This document shows, in pieces, positions 1 to 13,329 of a stretch of DNA of 64,000 bases; the stretch's first letter is position 1; every line of letters begins with the position of its first letter. The notes below the pieces were generated by a model that made no database searches, was not told where the DNA came from, and worked only from the letters and a program-made list of their open reading frames with translations. A program made the translations under genes and the position numbers. Source of the stretch: Octopus vulgaris (taxonomy: Eukaryota); NCBI GenBank assembly GCA_951406725.2, contig OX597815.1, positions 112,778,001 through 112,842,000 on the forward strand, given 5' to 3'.

Positions 1-47
1 ATAAGGCAACAATGAGTGTTGATATATTTTCGTTGTTCTTCAGGGAA

Positions 48-87
<40 letters not shown>

Positions 88-2051
88 TTGTGTGTGCGTG
101 CGAGCATATGTGTGTGTGAGTGTGTATGTTTGTGTATGCGTGCGTATGTGTTATGTCTAATATGGAAATACAAAATCATTAATATGGAAGAGCAACAATC
201 TCCCATCCAGCAAAAACAAAAAAAACAAAGTAAATGAAACAAAGAAACAACGAAAAAACAAATACAAACTTACAATGAGTTCTTATCCAAAAAGAAGTTA
301 CTTTTTGTTTTTCCAATATCATGGGTTTTGTGCAGTGGAACACATTCTTCCGTGTAAGAATATTGACAACTAAATTTAAATAGTAAAATGTCAAAGAGAA
401 AATACATAAAGATGAGAGAACAGGCAACTCAATCATTTACACGGTTATTTCTTTATTCGAAGTTCATGATATAGGAACATATGTAAGGAGGATGGTGAAA
501 TATGTAGAAATAATTGGCCACTGCATTTAGCTTTATTTGTTTGCGTTCTGAATAGAATTTTTTTTTTTTGTTTGATTTTAATTTCTATCAGTGGTACAAG
601 TAATATACTGAGAGATCAAATGGATTATATAGCTTTCCATAACAAAAATTAACCTTTAACGTAGTAAAAATATTCGGTGTTATCAATCAGTATATTTATT
701 CGCACCACATATATAGATACTCATGCAGAGACGTATACAAACACACGCATACACATATACATATTCACACACGTGTATACAATCATGTGTGGTTGCAGTA
801 TCATTATTTTCGGTATTTAACTCCTACATTACGTCACTACTCGCTTACTTCTTGGTCTATATATCAAAGTTGTTAACATACAACCTGTGGAGGTAGAAAT
901 ATACTAAAACTATATTGTAACTGGAGAGAGAATTCTGAAGCAGTATCGTTGTTTTGTTTTTTTGTTTTTTTTTTTGTTGTTTTTTTTGCTTTTTGTGTTT
1001 TTTTGTTAACTATAGTATGTTAAATTTTTCTCTCCGTATTCTTTCTCAAATTTGAGCGTTTATTGCAGCCCCGAAATATTTACAATTGTTTCTTCGTTTC
1101 CGTTGAAAACTTTTGTGAGTTACACTGGATTAAGATGAATTAAGATGCACTCTGTTGCGTCCAAATACACAAACACACATACATACATACATACATACAT
1201 ACATACATACATACATACATACATACATACATACATACATACATACATACATACATACATACATGGTGGCTGCCCCCTCGTTATCGAGTATAGCCGTTGC
1301 ACTAAGCTTAATCAATGTTGTTTTCGTGCACTGCCTGTGGAAGAATTTTTTTTTTAAAGTGAAGAAAGGCTGTGCACTGAGTCAATCCCACTCACTAAGC
1401 AACAGCAGCCATAATCCGAAAACAAGAACAAGTCAACATCATCAGTAACCACTGAGCCGCAGGTTTTATGTCGGAGTTATCCCAGTTATCTGAGTTACTA
1501 TCTCCTAGAAGGATGCCCTAACAAAGGCTAGGTGTCCTTCACTCCCAATGGTTTAATCGCGCGATCGGGTATTCAGTCCGATTATTTCTATGTCCCCGCG
1601 CATGATACAGCCTTAAGACATTTATTGGATGGACGTTGGCTCTCAAGAGTTCCTCCGCCCTTTGACATGCATACATACATACATACATACATACATACAT
1701 ACATACATACATACATACATACATACACATACATACATGATATACAATTTTTTATCATTGATGAGCATTCTAGTGGGTAGCTACTTTGCCCGAATAGCCT
1801 ATTTTAGGGATCTTACCATGTATCTAATATCAGTTTCCCTTTAACTCCTTTTCTACGCTCTTTCTCGTACCCAGTGTATTTTCTCAACCTCTCACTTTTT
1901 CATATCTATTCACCACTATTAGCCGAGCCGATGTTTCAGATTCGTGTATCACTCTCTGTATCCCTTTCTCTCTTTTTTCTCTTTCACATATCTCTCTTTC
2001 CTCTCTCTCTCTCTCTCTGTCTCTCTCTTCCTCTCTCTCTCTCTCTCTCTC

Positions 2052-2098
<47 letters not shown>

Positions 2099-3141
2099 CT
2101 TCCCCCACTTCCCTTCTCCCTCGCCTCTCTTTCTTTCTCTCTGTCCCTCTGTTCGAAATCGACGAATATGTGGCCCTGCCAGGATGTCGAATTTACTTCT
2201 CTATAACTAGTTCATTCCATTTTGTGAACATTTTGTGAAGATTTTTAAATCCCATGAGCGTCGAATTTATTTTTCACTCGGCCAGTATAGATTAAACTAT
2301 ATTGGCTTAAATTCCTTTCACTGTGCCACTCCTTTCCATTATTCTCCTATTACGTAGAAAAAAGAAATAAATGTTTCAACATAATTAGTTTGAACTGTTT
2401 TCTATGAAATGGTTCATTGAGTTGTGAAACCGTTGAAAGCTGCAATTATAATTGCTCTCTTGCGGTCTTTAAATTAGCATAACAAATTAAGTTATTATTA
2501 ATTATAGTCTTGTTCATAGAGTTGACCTCACTTGTCAGCAAATTGTAATTTAGCCCTATATCAATAGGGATTGATCAAAAGCGATCCAGCTCTGGATTTC
2601 TTACATTTTCCAATATGAATAGATGAAGCTTTCACATATTCATATTGTAGGAGGGGCGGCAAAATCGATTAGTTTTATCAAAATATTTCAATTATTTTTT
2701 TTTATAACTCTGCTAATATGCTGCCAATTCACAATTATTTAAATTTTGCAAGAACGCAATTCTACATAGTTTGAAACTAGGTTTTAAATTTGCTCCAAAA
2801 TGAAGAATTTTTCTAAGATGATCAACAATGCCATCAATGTTTTTTTGTTTTTGAATTTCCCAAATTAAAGATCTCAAGAATAATCTAATAGAAAGCCATT
2901 CTTCGATATATCTTTCGATAAAGAAAATTTTTAAACTGCTTCAGTTATGAAAAGAAAGAAACATATTCTATAGGATATGTCGATATTTGGTTGTTAAGCA
3001 GATACAATTTACAGACTTGTCTTTTAAACCTTTTGGGAGATAAAAATCATTTGAAGATCAATTTCCATTCTTTTTCAAAACAATATGTTTGTATGTATGT
3101 ACACACACATACGCACACACATACATACATACATACATACA

Positions 3142-3227
<86 letters not shown>

Positions 3228-3230
<3 letters not shown>

Positions 3231-5041
3231 TGAACTACAAAAGAAACGTCACACTATAAAAGATTATTTGTTTCACACACGATATTGAGATTATATGGAT
3301 TTTATCACCTTTCTATGTAACTTGACATCATGAAGATGTCACTGACCCACAACTCCACTCTCTTTTGAAAACACAAGGATTGCATGTAGGATTCGAACTC
3401 GCTCACTTTTCGTGATCATGGAAATGCTCGTGAACGCATCTTTATGAAAAGTATGATGCCCGTGCAAAACGTTGCCTGGTTGGGTATAAAAGGCACCAAA
3501 ATTTACCAGCCTGTCATTTGCCCCGTTCACTTTTTAGTGGTTGGTGTTGTTAATTAAGGCTAGTACTGCTTGTTGTATCACAGTTGTTAAATTGTTAAAA
3601 GTTGTTTTTGCTTTTGTTGATATACCTTTGTTTACTGTTTTGCGGCGGTCCAGTGTTCGTTACCATCTTGTTTTTAGCGGGGAGGGCTTGTTGTGGAGGA
3701 TGTGAACGATTACGTTTTTCAGATGTAAGTAAATCAGAAAGTGAAATGGTGGAGTCGCTGGTAAAACTGGAGGAGGAGATAACAAGAAAGACGGAAGAAA
3801 GCATAGAAAAATGTATAGAAGGTTTTGCGGCAGAAACCGGTACTACGAAGGAAATAACGTCAGAAATGCAAGACGTTAGGAAATACAAAAATATGATGCA
3901 AAAGGAAGGGTATGTAGTGGAACTGACCTCCTCCTTATGAAATATCAAAAGATGTACAGGAGAAAACAGTAATATACAAATCGTATGTTTTATAAGAAAA
4001 GTAGCATCGAAAGAACAAATTGAAAGATGATTGAGGCCCGTCTGGCTGAATATTAAGTACCTGACCAGGGGTAACAAGCATGCGTCGGTTGAAGTGAGAT
4101 TCCATTCAGAGGAAAGTGCCAGGCAGCACTCTGTGACAGCCCTGGCAACACAAGAAATGTTACTGTTACCAACTTACCTTGGAAGGCGTGTCGCCAAGGT
4201 AATAGTGGAGGAAATCCCGCCGAAGGTAAATGAGACCTGGCTGGTGGCTCTAATAACTCTAGGCTTGGAGGAATGACTGTCAATCCTCAAAGCAACAAGA
4301 TTACCAGCGTGGAATTGGCTGGGGCAGTGACTGGCAGTGATTGTCCAGGCTACTCCAGTGGATTTGTACAATATTGCTAACGCTATTTTGGTGGGTGAAA
4401 AGAGGTTGAGGATTGTGGTGGAGAGTAAGAGTCTCGTTTCTTTAAGTGTGGCCAGAAGGGTCACATAACAGCTGAATGCTTCCCATCCCCTGTCAAAGTT
4501 ACAGAGGCCATAAGGGAAGAAATCGTGCAGCCACTTGTGGCGTCAAAGCTGGTGGCAGAATTCAGTGAGGAACCTAGTAGGCAAGCAGAAAAGGAATGGA
4601 CAACAGCACAACAACCAGACACTGCCATGTCGGCCCTAAGTCCGGATTTCAACCCCATAGAGCACCTATGGGACGAAAACAAAAGAAGGCTAAGTGACAT
4701 CTGCCCAAGGCCGACAACTGCGACACGACTCACAGCAGGTTTTAACGGAGTGTAGGCTGCTACCTCCAAGGCCTTCATCAACCATTTGGTTCATTCAGTG
4801 TACATAAGATGCCTGGTGGTAATCTATATTGTCACACGAGATATTGAGTTCATCTCTTTGCATCCTGGACACTCTGTCATCACGTGACACCATGTGACCT
4901 CAAATATGCTTCAGGAAATGACCTTTTATCATTAGGAAAGGACGGTTTTTTAATTAGCACTCTTCAATCAATGCTATGGCAGTCTGTTAATAAAGCGGTT
5001 TCTATTTAGTATGTGTGTAACGTTTCTTTCATAGTTCAGTT
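3228..5041 (+). mobile_element. Degenerate Tc1-family DNA transposon with both TIRs, interrupted by a ~1 kb insert
   Basis: The left TIR cactgaactacaaaagaaacgtcacac (3228-3254) matches the reverse complement of 5015-5041 at 23/27 positions and is followed by TA on the right. Transposase C-terminal motif SPDFNPIEHLWD at ~4638-4673; TATA-like gggtataaaagg at ~3482. Confidence 0.85.
3600..4610 (+). pseudogene. Decayed LINE ORF1-like (gag-like) fragment nested in the Tc1 element
   Basis: Purine-rich broken ORFs. RVAKVIVEEIPPKV resembles L1/Tx1 ORF1, and 4438-4479 encodes (F)FKCGQKGHITAEC, a CX2CX4HX4C knuckle with the first Cys lost. Boundaries are approximate. Confidence 0.6.
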
Positions 5042-5834
5042 TATGTGTGTGTGCATTTGTTATGTATGTATGTATGTATGTATTGCATTCTGCATAAGAC
5101 ATTTCTACAGATATTTTTGCGGGGGATTTTCAGAATTATATAGTTCAGATAAATATTTAGGTGTATCGCTTCTTGTATTAAACAAAAATGATCTTCGTAA
5201 AAATTGTTTAGTAGATTTTATGTTGTTTGTAACGTAACGCATTTCAATTTTAAGTTTTTAGTGTTAATCTATGCTTGAGGGCGGGTGAATGTACTGGAGT
5301 CAAAGAATATTTCATATATAATTATGTTTTGTTTTATCTACCATGACCGCGCTAAAATTAAATTAAATTGTAAACTAACATTACTTCTCATGTCAAAGTT
5401 ATTACTTTGAACAATCTGCTTCATAGAGTATACAAGGAAATATATACAAGAGTTAACGGGAAAAATCAACATTTTTTAATCTATGCTACACAAACAGTTT
5501 TTTAATTGAAAAATCACACACGCACACATACATACAAATATACATGTATGTATGTATGTATGTATGTATGTATGTATGTATATAAATAAATACATACATG
5601 CATATATATGTTTGTGTGTATATATATATATAACAATATAAATAATATATATATATATGCATACATATACATATGTATATACATATATATATAAATACAT
5701 GCATACATACATAAATGTATATATGGTTACAGGACGTCACAAAGCGTAAATAACATAAAATACGAAAACAAATGAGTTGATACGCAAACAACGAGAGAAA
5801 CAAATGAAAAACAGGACGAGTAACATAAAGAACG

Positions 5835-5897
5835 ACTCTTCATCAGTTGTCGGCTGTCCATCTACTCCTCATTTCGAGCATTGAACGACAATATGAG
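5835..5897 (-). ncRNA. Non-circularly permuted hammerhead ribozyme candidate A
   Basis: Minus strand reads ctcaUA-ttgtcg ..gctc GAAA tgag ..cgacaa CUGAUGA a gagt. Stem III ctcaU/Atgag, stem I ttgtcg/cgacaa, stem II gctc/gagt; core residues intact. Confidence 0.75.
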
Positions 5898-5983
5898 TCT
5901 TTGAAGGCAGTGGCACCCACAAACACGAAAATAAAATTTGGGATTTGCGGAGGGTCAAAGCTGGGAACAAAAGCAGGACAATG

Positions 5984-6032
<49 letters not shown>

Positions 6033-6289
6033 ACATGTACTATTAAAGCTGCAAAAACATCACAAAAATCTGCTACTCTGAGTTTCACATGCCCGTTCGT
6101 CGAGTAGTTTTGATCAAGGATATATACAGAGGCAGATACATTTATATATATGCGTATCCATGTGTGTGTGTGTGTGTGTGTGTGTTACTGTGTGTTAGTG
6201 TGTATGTGTATACAGCGAGTACAGTTATAAGTCGCTTCTATTATATTGGTTTCAAATTTCGGCACAAGGCTAGCAATTTCGTGGCAGGG

Positions 6290-6390
6290 AGAAAGTCGAT
6301 TACATTGACGCCAAGGTTCAGTTGGTACTTCTTTTAGCGACCCCGAAAGGAGAAAAGGCAAAGTCGACCTCGGCGGAATTTGAACTCAAA
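6290..6390 (-). mobile_element. SINE family 1 fragment
   Basis: gaccccgaaaggagaaaaggcaaagtcgacctcggcggaatttgaactca matches the full copies at 10996 and 52728. Confidence 0.85.
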
Positions 6391-6578
6391 AATCACTTGT
6401 ATTATATATGATTGAGTTCAAACTCCTCGGTGAAAAAAATTAGAAACTACTCATTATCTGCTCTGGGGAAAGATGAGCTTACTGATTATATAAATCATGT
6501 AACGGTGTTTCTCGAAGTGAATATTGCCAAAATTATTAAAAAGTAATATATTTGATTTAAACGTCTTCGATGGTGAAA

Positions 6579-6579
6579 G

Positions 6580-6655
<76 letters not shown>
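6579..6655. repeat. (AAT)n microsatellite
   Basis: Perfect trinucleotide run. Confidence 0.98.
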
Positions 6656-6656
<1 letters not shown>

Positions 6657-7284
6657 GAGAGCTCCCATGAAGACACTCTAACCCTTAGAGAAGCCGTTAG
6701 GAGGAAGAGACTCATCAATCATTAACCATTACAATGCACGACCTCACATATCTTTGGCAAAAAATCATGCAATGAGCAAATTAGACAGGCCATTAGTGCT
6801 CAAATCTACTGTACCACAGTACAGCCTTGATCTGTTACACTCGTACTTCCATCTGTTCAATCTAGAGAAGAGGTCTTCGGGGCATCTATTTGACCGTAAC
6901 GCTGGGGGAGAAGTGGGTGTAAAGAAGTGAGCAACCGAAAACACACTTGAATGACAGTTGAGATCGTTGATGGCGAAAAGGCATCGCTTATGATAGAGAT
7001 TATGATGAGTAATATCTTTGCATAGAGGAAGTGTTGATTTAATAACATACGCATTATGAAAAATTACGTCCAATTTTACGTTATATTCGCAACAATATTC
7101 AAGTGTGCATTTTTCTCTATATGCACGTATGTGTGTGTATGTGTATATATATATACACATACATATATACATATGTGCGTGTGCATGCGTGCGTACGTGT
7201 GTTTGTGTGTGTGTATGTGTGTATGAGTTGGTGTTTGTGTGTATGCGTGAGTGTGTGTAGTTCTTTAACAAGACTAGTATTGAG

Positions 7285-7325
7285 AGTAACTTAGAAGCTT
7301 CGGCCAGCTTAGCCACCATCGGACT
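7285..7325 (-). ncRNA. Degenerate minimal hammerhead in a PLE 3' tail
   Basis: Minus strand: agt CCGAUGG t ggcta-agc-tggcc GAAG cttctaag UU act. Three core substitutions. Lies downstream of the GIY-YIG remnant. Confidence 0.5.
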
Positions 7326-7589
7326 GTGATGCATTAAGATAATCTTGGCTATAATTTCTACTACGATCAATTTTTTCTGGTTTTATGGAGTTCACTTGAA
7401 TCGTAATTAGGCTGTAAGTTGGGTTGTGTTGGAGATATGTTGTGAACAATCAATTTTTATTGATTAAATTGGGGGTATGTATTAGTTTTTGTTCAGAATT
7501 CATTCATATATGTTGAACTTTGTAAACAGTTATGTATATTTAGGTATTTTAGCTTCAGGTTATGGGATTGTGCTTCAATTGCTTTCAAA

Positions 7590-7890
7590 TGTTTTACTCG
7601 CACAAAGAGACTAGTTCAGAGTTTTGCTTCAGAATTTGTTTCTTGAATGTGAGAATATTGTTGGATTCATTAGTATAAAGTCGGGAGGATTCGTTGTTAC
7701 ATTGGCATGGTTATGCGTGTGAGAATATTTTCGATTTTGTGCTAAACGTGGTGTTTTTATTTGAATATCTACATGTTTGGATAGCGATGTGTTATTTTCC
7801 GGATTGAGTTCCGAAAAGTCTGCGTGTTTTGTTTAAACCGCGCCTTGAACTGGTTTGCTGTAGATCCTATATATGTAGAAATATAAGCCA
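7590..7890 (-). pseudogene. Penelope-like GIY-YIG endonuclease remnant
   Basis: Minus strand reads YIGSTANQFKARF...ENNTSLSKHV...NSELVSLC with frameshifts, typical of a PLE C-terminus. Confidence 0.7.
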
Positions 7891-8929
7891 ATAGAATTTT
7901 TATTAGGGCTAAAAAAATCTTTCACCATCTACTCTCCTTCCATCTACACTACAACTTTTTACAGCTTTATGCTAAACGAGTACTGAGAAATTATCTAAAA
8001 CTACCCCCGATCTCCAACGAACCTTGCCAAGAATATTCACAAACGTATATACACTCGCTTAAGACTTTTCTTTTTTTATTCTCCCTTTATCAATTTAAAT
8101 GTTTTAGTTTTTATATGATGAAACCAATTTTTGAAGTACATATTTTTATTCCTAATTTTATACATGAGTATATACATCCATTTTTATAATACCTCACATT
8201 CACATATATCCATAGACCTAAACTAATATATTATAAAATATCCACTTTTGAAGAAGAATCGTAGAAGTATTTATAAGCACATAGCCCACAAACTCTGCCT
8301 CCATAAAACGCAAAGGTTGAAATTTAGACATATTAATAAAATTACTTACAGAACAAAGAACCTCGTGAGAGAAATATATTGATAAACAAACTTTACCCCT
8401 ACCCACATCCTCTTGTAAGTATCAAAGTACAAGATAAAGAAATTTATATACTAACAATACACTGACAAAACTTTTCAAATACAAACAGGAAATAAATAAA
8501 GTCAATAAAAAGTAAATAAACTTATTGACCAGCTAAAGCATTCCACACTCCTACATTCCTTTGTGAACCCTTAAAAATTCCATCAGGATAGGAAGGTGAC
8601 ATACCCAATTCATAATATTTTCAAAGGTGGACTAAACTTTGAACTTTGAAATTTACAGCGGAGTAAGTCACATAACTCCAAAACTAACTAAAACTAAAGA
8701 CACATGCACTAACCATAAAGCTTCCCCTCAGCTTCCTTCATAATCTGAAGCTGACACACCTAAATGGACATACAAAGCTCTATATGTACGAATTAATACA
8801 CAATAAAATCATAATCCAAAATTCAGTTAATAAAATTTTCCACAACATTTCCCCATCTCTACTTACCCTACAACCTAATTACCATTGAGTGGAAAATCAA
8901 AAGCCCCAAAACAGAGACTATATAAATCC

Positions 8930-9020
8930 AAGGTTAGCTTAAGTCATCACAGGATATGGCTTAGCTGGCCAAAACTTCGAAGTCTCTGCCAATACTATTC
9001 TTGGTAAATAATAACAAATT
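8930..9020 (+). mobile_element. PLE terminal-repeat remnant, inverted paralogue of 7265-7345
   Basis: catcacag..tggcttagctggcc aaaa cttcgaag tc..caatacta.tcttg aligns to the reverse complement of 7265-7335. The HHR CUGAUGA is partly deleted; palindromic stem III acttcgaagt is retained. Confidence 0.6.
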
Positions 9021-9056
9021 TGTACTCTACAGATTAAAGAAAAATAGGGTTTTTCT

Positions 9057-9125
<69 letters not shown>

Positions 9126-9179
9126 TGAGACATATATAGACATATATATATATTTATGTATACATATATATATATGTAT

Positions 9180-9239
<60 letters not shown>

Positions 9240-9479
9240 ATATATATATATATATATATGCGTATGTGACTATAGATGTGTAGTTGCATTGATATGCAAA
9301 TTGAATAATATTTCGAGTTTAAATACAACATTTCATAGAAATGATATATAGTCCCATGTAATTAAATTATAAATGGTTTATAAATGTCAAAAATACATAT
9401 AAGCTTATCTAAATTCAATTATATCTATTATATCTAAATAAAATATGTATGTGTATGTATGTTTACATATATATACATA

Positions 9480-9511
<32 letters not shown>

Positions 9512-9523
9512 CATATAAATATA

Positions 9524-9601
<78 letters not shown>

Positions 9602-10995
9602 AAGCCAGTCATACACACATACATGCATGCATACATACATATACACATACACAGTCATTTATACATATATAAATACACACGCACACGCACACATACACAT
9701 ATATATATATATGTGTGTGTGTGTGAATGTGTGTATGTGTGTGTACTAAGGGGAGAAAATAATATGACTTTATTGTATTTAAAGACACTTCTCTAGTAAG
9801 TAAACAAATGTCAATATTTAGTATATTTCATCGCTTTGACTTAATATTCATATTCCTATTCATAACTATTAGACAAATTCACCCTTGCAATATTTCAATA
9901 TAGTTACATTATTAAGAGTTTCATATTTTGTTTCATGTTGTTAGCTTCTTAATCTCTTAGATAATTAAATAATTATCTCATAAGTACACTAGATATATTT
10001 TGGCTATAATATAATTAAAGTGGTATGTATATTTCGAAATTAATAAAGTAATTTAAACACGTCACATTCGCCAGCAGTATGACTGATTTCTAACTTGTAG
10101 ATTTTTCTAACATTCTATTTAATATGTGTGTCTCTTTGTGTGTATGTGGGGGTATGTGAGTGCCTATATATATATATATATGTATGTATATCTGTATTTC
10201 TCTCTTTTTCTCCCTCTCTTTCTCTTTCTCCTCCTCCTCTCTCTCTCTTCCTCTCACTTTCTATATATCTATTTATCGTTCTATCTATCTATCTATCTAT
10301 ATATATATATATATTAACACCAACATACTGAAATGCACGTTCATACACTTAGGTTTACGTACAGGCTTAAATTTTCTGATATAAATATGTTAATATGCAA
10401 GTCAATATACTTGTTTATTTGAAGTATATGTAGAATCGTGTCTATTATATTCATAGCATATTTACGCAATTACCTACGCAAGACAAAAAGTAAACCAATG
10501 ACATTGTTCTGAAGAAATAATTAATTATTCAACTATACGTATTCAGAGAGGTTTACATAATGTATTCAGTGCAAATATTTACGAGTATAAAGCAAATACA
10601 ATTATATATTCATTTTGTTACGAATGAATATTTAAACATTTGCACAATATCATCTTATTATATTTGTGTCTCTTAGTACCTCTACAACATAAGAATATTC
10701 ATGTATGCATATGCTTATATTATAAATACGTAGAGAACAATTTTGTATCAAAACCGTGTGGTAGTAGGTTCGATTCCACAGAGTGACACCTGTGCATGAT
10801 TTTCTATAATAGCCTTTGTTTTATGCTAGCTTCGTCATGGATATTGTGTAGAGAGTAACTGTATTCAAACACGTCGGACGAATTCTATTTCTCCTTTTGG
10901 GGTCCACACTGTTTCACTGAGATTCTACTTCAACTACAATTTAAGGGCACCTATTTTAGCTGCAACCAATGACTCAGTCGTTTTGCTAAAGTATA

Positions 10996-11228
10996 TATTT
11001 CTTTATTGCCCACAAGGGGCTAAACATAGAGGAGACAAACAAGGACAGACAAAGGGATTAAGTCGATTACATCGACCTCAGTTCGAAACTGGTACTTTAT
11101 TTATCGACCCCGAAAGGATGAAAGGCAAAGTCGACCTCGGCGGAATTTGAACTCAGAACGTAACGACAGACGAAATACCGCTAGGCATTTCGCCCGGCGT
11201 GCTAAGGATTCTGCCATCTCACCACCTA
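10996..11228 (-). mobile_element. Full-length tRNA-derived SINE, family 1
   Basis: Head with A-box-like tggcagaatc and B-box gagttcaaattcc, core gtcgactttgcctttcatcctttcggggtcgataaa, tail ...tagccccttgtgggcaataaagaaat. At least 8 related copies in the window. Confidence 0.9.
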
Positions 11229-11702
11229 ATTTTCCAATTACATATTGACTGTTAATTTTCTACTATTTACATTGGCTATATTCTGATGGGGAATGTATTT
11301 TTAATTTGCTTATTTATTCTAATTAAAATTGTTTTCGTTAAGATGTTTTTGTATTGTACTTGCAAAGGATCTTTATGAATGCATTTAATTGTAAAACTAT
11401 TTAAGAATCGCTTATTTTAAAAGGTGAATGGATATTTCAGTGGGTCAAGTATTTAAAGGGTGTGTTTCTATATATATATGTGTGTGTCTGTGTGTTTGTG
11501 TTGTGTGCGTGTGTGTGTATGTGTGTATGTGTTACTTATATATATATATGTCTATATATAATTATATATATGTATTTGTATGTATATATTTATGTATATA
11601 TATGTATATATATACATACACACACACATACACACACACACACATATATATACATATATATATATATATATTGTTATATTTCGGAATGGTCATATTTAAA
11701 CG

Positions 11703-11738
<36 letters not shown>

Positions 11739-12613
11739 TGCTTACAAGAATTTTGTATAATTCATTGAGGAATGTACGTTGCTTGGAGTGAATGTGTACG
11801 TCAGACATCACCTACCTCCCAATGACTTATACTTACAAATTCTTTATACGCATATGTAAATCATTGTTATCATCATCATCATCGTCCTCATCATCATCCT
11901 CATTTAACGTCCTCTTTCCATGGGTTGGAGTAAACACATATACAATCATCCCCTCTCCGCCTGAAAATTCCTTTCGCATTGTGTGTGTTTGTGTTTACAG
12001 GTGATAATGCATGTTTGTTTCATTTGGAAAAAACGTCGCTATTTCTCAAAGAACGGCTTTCGAAATTGGCACACAAACTTAATATTATGCCACAATGATG
12101 CATGAAAAGCAATAGCAAATCAAATATTGGAATATTGGATCTTAAAAGGAAAAAGTTTCTGAAAGATTTATAATTGTAATGCAATAGTTATTCTCTTCTT
12201 CCCGCTTTCTGTCTCATATAAATACTTTCTCGTTCACATATTCCCATGTTCCTCTTCTCTCATCTTTTTCAGTCATTATAAAGACTATTTATTGTAGTGC
12301 TATACTGAAACTCTTCTTTTCAAATTTATATCTACAAAATATATGCAATTTAGATTGTCCTCTCAAGAAGAATATGATTTATTCTTCAATTGTTTTAAAT
12401 TTGTAAATATTTATAAAATATTGAGGTTATTATGCTTTTTGAGTACTAATTATAACATTTGTAGGGCTTCACATATTGTGCGTATCTGTGTTTATGTGAG
12501 AGCATGTGAGTGAATGAATGCGTGTGTGTGTGCGTGAGAGATTGAGAAAGAGAGAGTTTTGAATATGTATGTGTATGTATGTTTGTACGTATTTATTAAT
12601 ATATATATATATA

Positions 12614-12659
<46 letters not shown>

Positions 12660-12843
12660 TGAGGGAATATAAATCCAAACTTACAGGGAACAAAAATTCA
12701 ATTTAGAAATACTAAATCAAATTTCACACAATATAATATTACTTAATCATTTATATTTTATTGTTATTTTAATTTTAATATTTCTATTAGTGTAATTTAA
12801 TTGTTCATTTTGAATTGATAAAAGGTGTTTCTTTCTAATGTTC

Positions 12844-12877
<34 letters not shown>

Positions 12878-12950
12878 AAAAAAATACAAACTGGGACAGG
12901 AACGCAAAACATTTAGAAGACGATACAAAAAACACGGACGGGACATTCGA

Positions 12951-13016
12951 AGCCTTCAATCTTCAGTCAAGAACCGGATCATCTTCGCAATTTCGGCTGA
13001 TTAATCTTGAGATTGC
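12951..13016 (-). ncRNA. Non-circularly permuted hammerhead ribozyme candidate B
   Basis: Minus strand reads gcaaUC-tcaaga ..agcc GAAA ttgc ..tcttga CUGAAGA ttgaa ggct. Stem III gcaaU/Attgc, stem I tcaaga/tcttga, stem II agcc/ggct after a 5-nt insertion. Confidence 0.6.
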
Positions 13017-13329
13017 TCCGATCTGGCCAGCCCCAAAGGAAAATCTAAGCCAAGCGCATTAGATTCCTTGGAAGAAAGCCTTGAATGTATACAAAACAAG
13101 GACGGAAAACAGGACGATGTTACACGAATAAAAATACAAAAATACGTAAAAACAATAATGATAACACGAGTGCGCGCGCTGGCATATGTGTTAGTATTTA
13201 AAGATCAATTCCTGCCTTTATATGACGTATTTGATAATATAGTCATTGACCAAGGAAAAGGTTGGATGCCAAGAACTAATAGATATGAGTAATAGATACA
13301 ATATTTCTTTGGTTAACTAATACTTGTTT

